Shown: positions 12,371-24,912, counted from the stretch's first letter. The stretch: 64,000 bases of DNA from Felis catus (GCF_018350175.1 NC_058368.1:6944001-7008000), one strand, 5' to 3'. A program made the numbers and translations. The notes: generated by a model from the sequence alone, not told the origin.

Positions 12371-15105
12371 TTAATTCCATTGGCCTTACACTTCAAATGA
12401 TCTTTTCCCATTTCTTATTTCGTAACATTATGTACTGATCATTTGAAAGTATGGTTCACTCCGCTATGCAGATAATCGAAATGTGGAAACATTTAACTAT
12501 ATAAAACAAACTGCGTTTGTTCCTATCACCAATGATCTTAACAGAAAAGTATCTCAGTTGTAGGAAGCTGTCAGGCTCATGGTGGTGGATACAAGTTTTC
12601 CAAACTGTAACTTTTACTTAAAAGCTCAAATTTTCTCCCTTGTTTCCCTTGAAGTAGCAGTAGTCTGGTTTAGGCCGTCAGAAGATGTCAGCCAAATACT
12701 CAACTCCGAATAACCCTAGTTTGTCTGTTCTTTCAAGTAAAAATAGTATTCAATGGGAAAGGTGGTGTTAGTTCAGCTTGCAACTCAAACAACAGAACAG
12801 GTGCTTTTCCTCCAGACAATCATTGTACTGATTATATAGCACAAATGTCTTATCCACAGTTCCCATTTTGTCACATAGTGTATTTAAAAGATGTGTACTC
12901 AGATATGGAGATCAAATAAAATTAATGATTTTTACTGCCCTCATCACACCTATTATTAAGTGAACTGCTTTTATGTTTTTATCTTAGGAGTGCATGGTGG
13001 CGAAAAGTACAATAATGGCCAGTGCCACTGCCTTGATTCGTGGTAAAGCACTAGGTTGTTTTTCCCATTATAGCTTTTGCATCACCAGAGAAATGGCAAT
13101 GCAGTAAAAAAGGCAAATAACGTCTTAACACTATTCTGAAAATAGTTTTGACCTCACACATCCCTTACAAAGGTCCCAGAGACACCCAGGGGCCCACAGA
13201 CCAGACTCCAAAGGCGAGCAAGGGAGAGGACATGCTTTGGGCCTCCCAGGTGCCAGTGCTGTACAAAATGGAAAAGATGTTCTACATTCATTTTCCCAGG
13301 TGGGCTTATAAGTCCGAGATTCTCTTCAACAAGTATCTGTGCTTCCACTTTAAGGACAAAGAAACAGGCTTTAGGAAGTGACAGAACGTAGAATCTAGTC
13401 TGTCGGGCTCCAAAACTCATGTTTTGCCTCCACAGTGGAAAAAGATACCTTCTTTCCAGCTTTGATTTAGGGACCCTCTTGCAGGCTGCCCACCATGATA
13501 AGCCATGCCCCACACTACCATCTAACCTGTTTCCAAGTCTGGGCAAACCTTTTCCTCTAGCAGTAAAACTACTTCTCTTATACTAATTACCTAAGCCAGA
13601 AGTGAGAAGAATAAGGCATAAGAGGTCTTCCCCCCCCCCAATAAGCCCCCACTGGACATTAATAATCTTTACTTTTCAGTTAGCCTGGAATTGGCCTCAG
13701 AAACATCTCAACTCAGGTCCAGGTAGCCATAATCAATCAATCAATCAATCAATCCGAGCTAACAACAGACTTGAAATTTGTCAGCCCTCATTTCTAAATC
13801 ATTATGAGGCAAGTATGTGGGAACAGAGCACGAACCTCTTCCTTTGTTACTAAGTTTACCAGGAAGTGACGTGCACAGCTCCAAGTGATCGAATTACCTA
13901 GGAAAAAAACAAAACAAAACAACTAACATAATCATCAAGAGCAAGGACTGTTGACCCCAACTGACGAGTCTCCTGGAATTTATTACAAGTTCAACGGCCC
14001 ACTAGATGTTTCCTACCTACTACAAAACTCTACATCGTATCTTTTCCCACTTTTCCAAATTGCACTTGACTGTCTAAAGGTAACTAGGCTTCCGTAACTC
14101 ACTGCAATGGCTTCTCCTACTCTCACCGCAACACTCTTCCTGTCTGAACGCTTCTGATATTTGACTAGCTTCTTCCTCATGTTGCACTGGCCTTAAAGTC
14201 TAAGGTAGTTGAAGGTATTTTGGAAGCTGGAGCAAACGCAGGATTTGGGAACAGAAACATCTGGAGACAGACAACGAAGACCTGGGTTAGAGGGCTGAGA
14301 CTCAATCAGAATGTCCAATCACATGGTCACAAGCCGGGTAATGCTTCACGGTTTGCAGGTAGAAAAATTCTGGAAGAGTGCAATCCTTGCCTCCTTGATT
14401 AAAAAACAGATTTTATCTTGTTCATTTCCACCTCCCCCTTCCCCTCGCTTCTCAGGATCTCAAATGAAAATTTTTATGGGGAAAAAAATGATTCTTTTAC
14501 ATAATTATTCTTCACTATACATTTTCCCATTATTCATAGTATTTCAGTTCCCATGACTTCAGTTATCATTGCTGACATTTCCCTGGAGACAAGAATTCTC
14601 ATTATATACTTTCCACCCCGGAATTTCCTAATCAGTTCTCGTTTGAAATCGTCCTCCTGCCAACCTACCAAGACAAAGGGCAAATCAAAAGGAGTCGACT
14701 GAGACTCATATGGACTTCCTAACCACAGCCTCACACAGAAGGTGGATCCAGGTTTCCTCTCAGCTTGGAAAAATTTTTCCTGCTGGAGTTAAACTGCCAG
14801 TGTCTTCTGAAAACCAAAATAAAACAAAACATACACTGAACTTTATTAAAATTCCTTCACAGAAGAAAACATGAAAATGGACATAGCTTTAGCTTATGAC
14901 ATTAGCTTAATGACCAAAAATTATGGGTTTTGTTTCGTATTTTTATTCAAGGCTGGTGCACAACTAATTTCCCTCATTTTAATAAGTCATGTTCCTGTTC
15001 ATTTGTTGACCTTATTTTCTAAAGCTGTTGGATGACCTTCATTTCCCCGAGTTTTGAAAGTTGTTATTCAAAACAACTGTGCTTTTGCAAAAGTTAGAAT
15101 ACCTT

Positions 15106-15335
15106 GGGGCGCCTGGGTGGCTCAGTCAGTTAAGCGTCCAATTCTTGATTTCGTCTCAGGTCTTAGTCTCACGGTTTGTGAGTTCAAGCCCCAGGTCGGG
15201 CTCCGTGCTGGTGGCAGAGCCTGCTTGGGATTCTCTCTCTCCCTCTCTCTCTGCCCCTCACCTACTTGCATTCTTTCTCTCTCTCTCTCTCTCTCCCCTC
15301 TCTCAAGACCAATAAACTTAAAAAAAAAAAAAAGT
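15106..15335 (+). mobile_element. Can-SINE
   Basis: SINEC head and A tail; TSD-like aaaagttagaatacc/aaaagttaaaatacc. Confidence 0.9.
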
Positions 15336-15899
15336 TAAAATACCCTCTACCTAAAATACCCTTACTACTTGTTCTATGGTCAAAGCGTTACTGTTTCCTC
15401 AAGTCCAACCTCCCCCGTGAGGCTTCCTTCTTGTCCGGGGGCTCGTCTCTCATCCACTCCCCCCTCTGACGTACACACACAGTGTCATCCACATAATGCC
15501 TGCACTGCTCGTGTTCAGTGTCCTCTCCTAGACCACTTAGAATATTGGAACACACTCACCTTTTTCTTCCACCAAACTCTCTGTGGAGTCCTTGAGGGCA
15601 AGGGTCATGTTTTATTCATGTTTATAGTCTCATCACTCAGCACAGCACCTGACTTAATCTGGATGCTAATAAATATTGAATGACTTTCGAGTTTTCCTTC
15701 TTTCCACATTCAATTACTGCACATTTCTTTTTAAATTTCAACGCTTTTCTTATTCTTTACATTAATGATCTCAAAGTAGAGACAAATTGACTGTTAGAGA
15801 CTCAGGAAACCACTTTGTTTTTCAGATGTGTATGACAGAGCTAGTGACACAAACCGATTTTAAAAGCCTGCAGTAGAAATAAATGCCTTACATTCTTTG

Positions 15900-16500
15900 G
15901 AGGAATATGCTAAATAAATAAAATGGGGTTCACTTGGAAAAACCATTTGGCAATTTTATATGAAGTTAGAGATACACCCACCTTATGGTCAAGCAACGTT
16001 AAATCTAGGTATTTCCCCCAAAGACATTAAAACATACTCACAAAATGTTGACGACAGTTTTATTTATAGTATCAAAAAATTGCAAACATCCCACTTTCCC
16101 TCTAGAAAAGAATGTCTACATAATTTGTGGTATATTCACACGGCGGAATACTACTTAGTAATGCAAAAGGAATTGCACTATTGGTCCCGATGACGTGGTG
16201 CAATCTTGAAAACACTGAGCTGAACAAAAGAAGATAAGTAAGAGTGCAGACTGTAGGGCGCCATTTATGTGAAATTTCAGAAAAGGCAAAACTACTCTAT
16301 AATTGTAGAAATCAGGATATCAGATGGTTGTGGTGGGGAGGAGGGTTAGCTGGAAAGGGTCATCAGGGAATTTTCCACAGGGATGGCAATGGTCTATACC
16401 TTTGTCGTAAATACTGGTTGTAAAGTTATAAAAATTAGTCAAAGACCATCCACGTATACACTTAGATGTGTGCATTTTAGTGTATGTATTTTAAAAAAAT
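15900..16500 (+). mobile_element. Old L1 (L1MC/ME-like) 3' end
   Basis: ctaggtatttccccc, tgtggtatattcaca...ggaatactact, ccatttatgtgaaatttcagaaaaggcaaaact, tgtgtgcattttagtgtatgt. Confidence 0.75.
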
Positions 16501-16959
16501 CTCTCAGCCTCTCTCTCTGATGTATGCACACATATATACCTATGTGTCCATATGTGTATACACACATATACGTACATTATACCGGGGTTCAATTATTTAT
16601 TATTCAAGATAGTCAAGAACAATATACAAAGTCTAAAATGGTGGGCCACACCAAGAACACATTAATTCTGGATTTGTTGTACTATTATTTTTATCTTCTT
16701 AATTATGATTTTCTTAGGCTAAAAGTAATATGATTCTGGTTACACTTAGCCTGGACCAACTGATGAGTGACGTAAAAAACTATGCTAAAAAACAACTGCC
16801 ACCTTCCAATTATATTTTCCTATGACAAAAATCTTTAAAATCTCTAAAAAAGATTTTTAAAGAGTTACCTAAAATAGAAGCACAAAGTAATTGCCAATAC
16901 TTTGGTCACAGCATCTGGATTTGTTCTATAATTTAAACACCTTACTAAATTCCTAACTA

Positions 16960-18350
16960 TGCAGATGCTAATGCTTAGGAAGCAAAAAAGATAAGAATGA
17001 GCCATGGGAAAGGCAAAGGGGAAGAGTGTGCATAAAACCCCTGAGGCTAGAGAGCCCTGGTCCGGGTTAGGGAACCACAGAAGGCTACAAAGGAGCTGGG
17101 GCGGGGAAACCAAGTGACCCTGAGAAGATAACCCAGAACTGGTTTATACAGGACCTTGTAAACCAAGGTAAGGAGTATAGATTTTATTCTAAGAGCAACA
17201 GAAAGCCTTTGGAGGACTTTAAGCAAGGTTATGACACAACTGAGTTCACATTTCTAAAAGATCATTCTGGCTGCTATGTAGAAAATGGACAGAGCAGAAG
17301 CAAGAGAGAAAAAAGTGACCTTAATGGGGCCACTGCTAGTCTGGGGGAGAGATTCTAGTGGTGGTGGTGGACATGGGAGGAGGTAGGCCATCCGGAGATA
17401 TATTTTACAGGTATTACTGGATAAAAATATGCTGATGGATGGGATATGGGGGCGGGGGGGGGAGGAAAACTTAAAAATGAAACTGAGGTTTCTGGCTTAT
17501 GCCACTCACTGACATGGGAAACACTGCACTGAAAACAGGTTTGGGGGTGGAAAGGTAAGTTTTATTTTGGACACATTAACTTTGAGATGCCAAAATGTAT
17601 CCAAGAAGAGATGTCAGGCTGAATAGTTTTGAGAAGAGTCTTGAATTTCAAAATAAATGTGGTAGTAAGCAGGATAGAGACGAAATTTAAAATTATAGGT
17701 AGACGTGGATTTCCCCCAAGAAGAAGGCGTAGAAAGAGAAGAGAAGGGAACCAGTTCCAAATCCTGAAGAAGCCTTTTAGAGGACAGGAAGAAAAAGAAG
17801 ACCAGCAAAGCAGGCGGTGGACTGGTCAGAAAGGGTAGTGTTTCAAGGAGGGAGTGGCCAAAGCTTCTCAGAGATTAAGAAAACCACGCACATCGACTAC
17901 CTTTTGGTCTTGGCAACGTGGAAGCAGTCTGAAGAGCATGATTGGGGCAGAAGTCAGATCAAACTGGAAACAGAATGGGATGTAAGGAAGAGATCATAAT
18001 GATCACGTATTGGGTTAAATCATAGGACACTGCTGAACTCTGACGGTTTCTGATGTACAGAAACAGTAATTTCCCATGATTCTTTTCTAAGGAGCTTGAT
18101 GGAAGAACATAGAAGGGAAGATGAGGTCAAGTAGGGCCCGGAAGGAGAGGGGAAAGACCAAAGCGTGTTTGTACATTGATAAAAATGAAGCAACTGTCGG
18201 CTGAAAAAGGGTGAAGTTTCGAAAGGGACGGAAGATTTGGTTACTGAAGAAAAAAAACATGAAATAATCTTCACAGAGAGTAGGAACGTAAATTAACTGA
18301 ACTGCAGTGGGGATGTCAGGCACCACTTGAGAGTTGTTGACCATGAATTT
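16960..18350 (-). mobile_element. L2 LINE relic
   Basis: ggaccttgtaaaccaaggtaaggagtatagattttattct, ctaaaagatcattctggctgct, tttggacacattaactttgagatgcc. Confidence 0.7.
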
Positions 18351-18354
18351 GTGG

Positions 18355-18560
18355 CACAGGCTAAAAGCTCAAATGCCTACAGGGGCCAAGACAAGTGAAC
18401 CTGAAGCAGGCTGAGTGGACATGAAACTCAAGAATCTATATCCAGTCTCAAGGGGGTGGCCACTGGACTGCTGCCACCAACAGTGCCAATCCTATGTTGT
18501 CACATCCTCTGATTTAAGAGGAGCCAGAAATCTTGATTTTTATGTAACATACCTTAATTT
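18355..18560. mobile_element. MER103C-like hAT MITE
   Basis: ctcaaatgcctacaggggcca...gagccagaaatcttgatttttatgt. Confidence 0.55.
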
Positions 18561-18574
18561 AAAAAACACTCTAT

Positions 18575-18792
18575 GAGCCACCGGGGTGGCTCGTCAGTTA
18601 AGCATCTGACTTAGCTAAGCTCAGGTCATGATCTCCCGGTTCATGAGTTTCAGTCCCACATCGGGTGAGTTCAAGCTCCACTTGTGGCTCCACACTCTCA
18701 GTGTGTGGGATTCTCTCTCCCTCCCCCTCTCTGCCCCTCGCTCACCATGCCCTCTTTCTCTCTAAAAAACAAAACAACAACAACAACAAAAA
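18575..18792 (+). mobile_element. Can-SINE
   Basis: SINEC body; TSD-like aaacactctatg/aaccactctatg. Confidence 0.85.
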
Positions 18793-19017
18793 CCACTCTA
18801 TGTGTTGAAGAAAACAGGTTGCATGTATCCAAGGTGGTACATTTTTTAGGAGAGTGATATGGAAGACTGATTTGAGTTAGTTGAGATAGAGTGACTGTAA
18901 CAATGAACTACTAAAAATGAAGCTGGATAAAGAATATAGAGACCAAAGGAGGGTATAATACAGTGAAGGTAGTGGACCAGTTTTGTACATTGTTGAGTTT
19001 CGGGGGGGGGGGAGGGC

Positions 19018-19206
19018 TTTTTGTTTATTTTAGAGAGACAGAGAGGGAGAGAGAGCGTGGGCAGGGGAGAGGTGCAGGGAGAGAGAATCTTAAGCAGGCT
19101 CCACACTGAGTGTGGAGCCCAACATGGGGCTTGGTCCCATGACCCTGGGATCATGACCTGAGCCAAAATCAAGAGTCAGATGCTCAACCAAGCCACCAGA
19201 TGTCCC
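19018..19206 (-). mobile_element. Can-SINE
   Basis: Reverse SINEC consensus. Confidence 0.85.
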
Positions 19207-19706
19207 AAATTTTGTACAGTGTTGTTAACTGAAGGCCATAGTTTATTCAGACTTCCTTAATTTTTACCTAATATTATTTTTCTGTTAAGATCCCATCCAA
19301 GAAACCACATCACATGTAATTATCACGTCTCCTTATGCCGTGGCAGTTTTTCAGACTACCCTTGTTTTTTACGAGCTTGACAGTTTGAGGAATGCTGGCC
19401 AGATATTTTGTAGAATGTCCCAATAGCGGAATTTGTCTGATCCTTTTCTCATGATTGTATTATTTTTATGATGTTTTTTTCTAAAAATAATCTAAGCAAC
19501 AAAAATCTTAACCTGCTTGAATTTAAATAATGTTATTCCGTTGATTTTGAAATTTGACTTACAACCCCGAAGCATCTGGAACTTGTAATTTTTAAAAACT
19601 GCATAGGCTTCAAAATTTTGAATTTATACATTCTGTCTGTAGTTTCTTGCCTTGAGCTCACTTGCTCAAGAACTTAAGGAATCAGGAGACAGTCTTTATC
19701 GAATCC

Positions 19707-19963
19707 TTTTTTTTTTTTTAATGCTTATTTATTTTTGAGAGAGAGATAGAGTGTGAGCGGGTGAGGGACAGACAGACACACACAGAGAATCTGAGAGAGA
19801 CAGACAGAGTTATCAGTGGGGGAGGAGCAGAGAGAGGGAGACACAGAATCCCAAGCAGGCTCCAGGCTCTGAGCGGTCAGCACAGAGCCCAACAACCCAC
19901 TAACCACAAGATCGTGACCTGAGCCAAGTCGGATGCTTAACCCACTGAGCCACCCAGGCGCCC
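19707..19963 (-). mobile_element. Can-SINE
   Basis: Reverse SINEC consensus with partly duplicated GA region. Confidence 0.85.
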
Positions 19964-20559
19964 GCAAAACCCTTTCTTGTACTACTTTCCAGTTCTTTTC
20001 CTACTGGAGGTAAAAATTCTAAGTACGATTTTTACCCCCTTTTATTTCTTGAGTACTCCCAATACATATGCATATATACCTAAGCAACATACGGTAGTGT
20101 TACAAGTTTTAAGATCGTGTGTATATAAATTGTCATGCTATATACATTCTACATCTTCCTCTTCTGGCCTCATATTTCTGGGTTTAGTACTGATTTACTG
20201 GCATATAATATTCCCTCATATGAGCATCCCATTCATGTATTTGTTCTCACCAGGGGAGGTTTCTAATCTTTTGCTTCTACTCAGTGCTGTTACGCATTCT
20301 TGCCTACATGTCAAAGGTTCTGTAAGATACAAACTTAGAAGCAGAATGCCAGGATACAGTATTTGAAAATTTGAGGTTTTACTTCAATCTGACAAAGCGC
20401 TTCCCAAAATGGATGTAACATTTACGCACCTACCAGCAAGAACGTGGTTATGCCGTGACTCATAGAGGAAAAAAGAACTTTTGAAAGACACAAACTGGAT
20501 AATATGCTTTCCTCATTGTAATCTGCCCTCTGTGCTCACGTAATCATTTCTGCAAGCAT

Positions 20560-21700
20560 ACGACTGCTAGGAGCCCCGCAAAAGGCTTAAACTCCGTTAG
20601 ACCAGCCTCTCCCCGGCGCCCGGAGACGCCTGTACACGCCCACTTCCGGCGTAAGCTCAACGTAAAGGCGAACGTCGGCACGCGTAGGACGTAGGCGCCC
20701 TGTTTGACGTCCTTGAAGGCCCCTTTCCGGGCTGTCTGGAAAAATCCAAGTGTCAGCTTGTGTAGGTCTATTGCCTCTTTTTGACAAAAAAGAAAAATAT
20801 TCTAAGGGTTCCCCTTGTTCTCTGAGAAGATCCTTTTCCCCGGAAGAGTTGCTTTCGGCTGGCGTTTCTTTCAGGCAGTGCCGCGGGCAGCCCGTAGGCC
20901 CTTGTAAGGCGCGCGCTGCAGCCCCGCCTCTTTCCTTTCGGCCGGAACCGCCATCTTCCAGGTAGGGCCTGCGCGTGGCTCCCGGTGCCGCTTGCCCCCC
21001 AGACCTGAGTCCTGACCCTGTGACCGCTCCGGCTGTGCATTGAGGCCTGAAAGGGACTGGTTAGACTGTTCGGGGCCCACCGGCCTGGGCGGTGGAGCCA
21101 TGTTCAATCAGACCGGGAGCGGCGTGCGCCGGGCCTGGGCCGGGGGGCTGAGGACCGGACCGCGAGGCCAGGGCCCTGCGGGGGGAGAGGCTCCAGAGAA
21201 GCGAAGTCGAGATACAGCGGGGAGGCGACTCGGGTCAGTTTAGGGAATCGTTGGTTTTTCTTGGGTCCCCGCGGCTTTAGACTCCGTACTCTGGGCCTTC
21301 GGACAGGCTTTGTGGGGCCGCGTGGCCCAGGCAGGCCTTTGGAACTCCGTGTGGAGTTTTGGCCCCTAATGTGCAACCTAAACTTGCAATGGGTTGGGTG
21401 GGGACTTACGGTCGTTTGGGACGGGTTTAAAACGGGCTTAAAGTCAGGAGTTTTAACCTCCAAGGAGGTCTCGGGGTGTGTGTGAAAGCCCAGGCCCGTG
21501 GTCCGAGAAAAGAGTAGATGCCCGCTTAGTCGCCTCGCAGGATGTGAACCCCAGACCCCTCGGCGTTAGTGCTTGTGAAATTATCCCGGTTGTTACAGAT
21601 TTTAGGCCCAAGTCGCATTTGGACAAACGGAAAGTACGTTCAGGTTGCCGTAGGTATTTTAAGGCCGGGGCAGCCGGTGAAAGGATTCCCGAATAGTTGT
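20560..21700. promoter_or_regulatory. RPL21 CpG-island promoter (probably bidirectional)
   Basis: CpG-dense; ETS/GABP CCGGAAG at 20840-20846 (+) and 20641-20649 (-); TGACGTC at 20705-20711; TCT initiator ~20927-20935; YY1-type CGCCATCTT ~20949-20957. Confidence 0.85.
20928..20961 (+). other. RPL21: RPL21 non-coding exon 1 with 5'TOP
   Basis: ctctttcctttcggccggaaccgccatcttccag|gtaggg: pyrimidine-tract start typical of ribosomal protein mRNAs, followed by a GT donor. Confidence 0.9.
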
Positions 21701-22489
21701 GTGTCTCAGGTAGACTCTTGGGGGGAGGGGGAGGAGTTAGTGAATTACCACTTAATCTTAGGTGTTTTGGGGGGGGGGGGGGTTTAGTTTGCTAATTTTA
21801 GCTACCAGAGCTGAGCAAACTGCAGGTGGCGTGCAGGTTGGTGCTTTTGGAGACTAAAGAAAGCATCGCTATTCCCTACATCAAGTATCATTTTCAAAAG
21901 CGTGTGTTGGGTGATTTCTTACTGGGGAAAATGGATCTGGTGAAAGAATGGTTTCTGGAGTCCGAAATTGCTTCCATCATCAAATCTGCCACTTTGTGAC
22001 CCGGGGAAGTGATTTGGACCTGCAGAGCATCTCTTGTATATATGATGGACTTCACGCTTTTGTATGCGCTGGGTACAAATGTAGAGAATTTGAGGATTCA
22101 CGCAGCGTAGCTGGCACTTCATAGATGCTTAGTTATGTTTTTAACCCCGCTTTGGGGGGTCGGGTGAAACATTGTGTCCCTTTGCGTCTCAGGTTCCACG
22201 AAGAAGGTGCTTTGGAGTCACTTTTCTTTTAAGAAGTGTTCATAAGTTAAGGGATTTATGTTAGGGTCTCATCAAGTTAAGCCTGACTTCCATATATTTT
22301 GCCTTGTGGTTGGAGTAATTCCCAGCGGTGGGAGTTCTGCTCTCCAGCGACCTGAAGCATAAAAGCCATTGTTTCAACCTTTTGGGGAACAGTGAAAGAT
22401 GCAATTTGAAATGCCTATATGTGAATTCTTAGATAACGATGAATTAACTACCACTTAATATTAGACACAGACACTAGAAGTTGCTCGGT

Positions 22490-22674
22490 GGGGGCGCCTG
22501 GGTGGCTCAGTTGGTTGGGCGTCGGACTTCGACTGAGGTCACGATCTCAGGGTTCGGATTCGGACCCCACGTCAGGCTTTGTGCTGACAGCTGGGAGCCT
22601 GCAGCCTGCTCCAGATTCTGCCCCTCCCCCATTTGCACCTGCAGGCTCCCTCTCTCTCAAAATGTTAAAAAAAG
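22490..22674 (+). mobile_element. Can-SINE in RPL21 intron 1
   Basis: SINEC head; TSD aagttgct. Confidence 0.85.
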
Positions 22675-23175
22675 TTGCTGAGTGCTTTGTAGACCTGACC
22701 CTGTGTAAGAGATACAGGGTCACAAAAAATGACCTCTTTAAGAGAAGGGGTTTAATCCGCCACGTAAAAATGCAGGGCTGAGTTGTTTTGCTCTCCGACA
22801 GTAAATTACTGTCCGTTAGTAATTCCAGTGCCTTTGGCATTCTCAGATGGGTTCTACAAAAGTGGGGCAGAAGTTCTGTGTTTTATGTTCTAACAGGGAA
22901 AGTACTGGTGTGGGTTCCAAAATCCAGGTCTTCGTAGCTTTAATGTTGATAGCACTTAGGCAGTTTGCGTGAAGATCTACATGCCAAAATGATGGGGTTT
23001 TATCCTTTATGGGAAGTAATTGGTGAGTCAACTTAGATTTTTTTGTTGTAAAGCAAGCATTTGAAATTTACGGGGTTTGATTGGGTTTTTTTTGTTTGTT
23101 TGTTTAAAAAGACAATTACCAATTTTGCGGTTTTGTTTGACGTTTTATACTTACTGTTTTCAGTAATTCGCCAAA

Positions 23176-23242
23176 ATGACCAACACAAAGGGAAAGAGGA
23201 GAGGTACTCGCTATATGTTCTCTAGGCCTTTTAGAAAACATG
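23176..23242 (+). CDS. RPL21: 60S ribosomal protein L21 (eL21), coding exon 1 (exon 2 starts at 23164)
   Basis: ATG at 23176, MTNTKGKRRGTRYMFSRPFRKH+G|gtaag; acceptor ttttcag at 23163. Confidence 0.98.
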
Positions 23243-23433
23243 GTAAGTAGATACTTCCTTCTTGAGAGCAAACATAGTATATATTTGTATAATGTGTTTT
23301 TAATAAATGGTGTTAGTTAACCAGCATCTACCTAACTTGTTCTCTGTAGTAAGTAAAAAGCATAAATTTCATATAGTTGTTTTTTGTCAACAAGATTTTA
23401 AAAATACAACTGTCAAAGATAAGAGTATGTTGA

Positions 23434-23592
<159 letters not shown>

Positions 23593-23972
23593 TAAATAAC
23601 CTACAGAACAACATTAGAAGCTAGAAAAGTGTAATACTGAAATTCAGATACTAGTGTATATTGTATTTCACCTGTTGACTTTTTATTCTCCTAAATAGGG
23701 GGACATTTTTGGCCTAAATAAGAGCTCATAAATGTAGAATGGCTAATTTAACTTCCAGAAACCAGAGTTTTTAAAGTGCTATTCTTGAATCTGAAAACTT
23801 TACTACTTGTTTGTTAACAGGTAGTGGAAAAATCAGGTTTTTTAAGGTGGAAAGGAATAATACGTTCGTACAAAATTTAACTGTTGATGAAGATGGAGAT
23901 TGCTGTTTTCTAAAAAACGGTGAAAGTTACGTTCTTTTGTGATGGGTGTTTAAAAGAATCCTGGCACTCTAG

Positions 23973-24043
23973 AGCTTAATGATGATTGTCTTTTTGATTG
24001 CTTAAAGCAATGTGAAAAACCCATTTCACCGGCTCTGAAAGCT
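23973..24043 (+). ncRNA. SNORD102: C/D box snoRNA SNORD102 (U102)
   Basis: C box ATGATGA 23979-23985, D box CTGA 24035-24038, terminal stem agctt/aagct, guide atttcaccggc complementary to 28S gccggtgaaat; the known host is an RPL21 intron. Confidence 0.93.
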
Positions 24044-24147
24044 CTGGAGTTGCCGTTTAAAAGAAAAATTCTAAGAGTATCTTAGTTACTTTAAGAGTCA
24101 GGATGTAAAAAGGGGAGATTGCTGGCATAACTTTGACCTCCTTTTAA

Positions 24148-24264
<117 letters not shown>

Positions 24265-24307
24265 TAAGTAACGCCTGGTGTCTTTCCAGCTGATTAGTAT
24301 TCCCTCA

Positions 24308-24434
24308 TACCCCCGTTTCACTTTGCCAATTGGACTTATGTCTTTATTGGTCATTCAAGTGGGGCAAAGGAAATATCCTTTCAAAACTCAAGCAAACTGG
24401 GTGTTTGTCTTGTATCCTGTCAGAGGAAACAAAT
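24308..24434 (+). ncRNA. SNORA27: H/ACA box snoRNA SNORA27 (ACA27)
   Basis: 5' hairpin cccc...gggg, H box AAAGGA 24366-24371, 3' hairpin tcct...agga, ACA at 24429-24431 three nt from the end; matches my recollection of SNORA27 in an RPL21 intron. Confidence 0.9.
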
Positions 24435-24727
24435 TGAACTAGACCTAATGAAAAATGTTCATTAGAACTTGGTGTTAAGCAACTCTGATGTTCAGAGTGT
24501 AAAAGGATGTGTAACACGGTGTGAATCTAGTTAGCGATTTGGTTTGCGTATTTAGTATTGTGAGGTCTGTCACCTCGTTAAAAGAAAGCTTACAAATGGG
24601 GGGTGTTTACCTCAACACCTCTTCCTTCCAGTACGATTAATAAATGATTGTAAATTAGCTGTACCTTGCTCTTTAATCCTATTTGTTGGTAAAAGGTTCG
24701 TGGTTGATTTATTTTAAATGGATTGTG

Positions 24728-24912
24728 GTTTTTTTGTTTGTTTTGGGGAGAGAGCACATGGGAGCAGGGGAGGGACTGAGAGAGAGGGAATCCCAGGCTC
24801 CACGCAGTCAGCACAGAGCGCAGTGGGGGGCTTGATCTCCCAAATTAGGATATTGTGGCCTGAGCTCACATCAAGAGTGGGACACTTAACTGACTGAGCC
24901 ACCCAGGTGCCC
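24728..24912 (-). mobile_element. Can-SINE in RPL21 intron 4
   Basis: Reverse SINEC consensus ending ...gccacccaggtgccc. Confidence 0.85.

Larger units (their letters stand above)
11303..13215. mobile_element. hAT-Charlie DNA transposon relic (Charlie1a-like), interrupted by two SINEs
   Basis: Ends cagtgttcataagctttttgatcccaggacccc... and ...gaaaatagttttgacctc...ccaggggcccacagaccagact; about 1.45 kb after SINE removal. Confidence 0.7.
350..14806 (-). pseudogene. Candidate decayed multi-exon (unitary) pseudogene or pseudogene-derived lncRNA, divergent from RPL21; product not identified
   Basis: Minus-strand acceptors with pyrimidine tracts open segments at 14806, 10984, 6882 and 2215. Donors TTG|GTGAGC (exon end 7517) and AAG|GTGAGC (exon end 3943). 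Protein-like frames with scattered stops include ORFs 4651-4941 and 4025-4576. Frames rejoin across the L1 insertions at 4955-6399 and ~504-1732. Confidence 0.55.
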
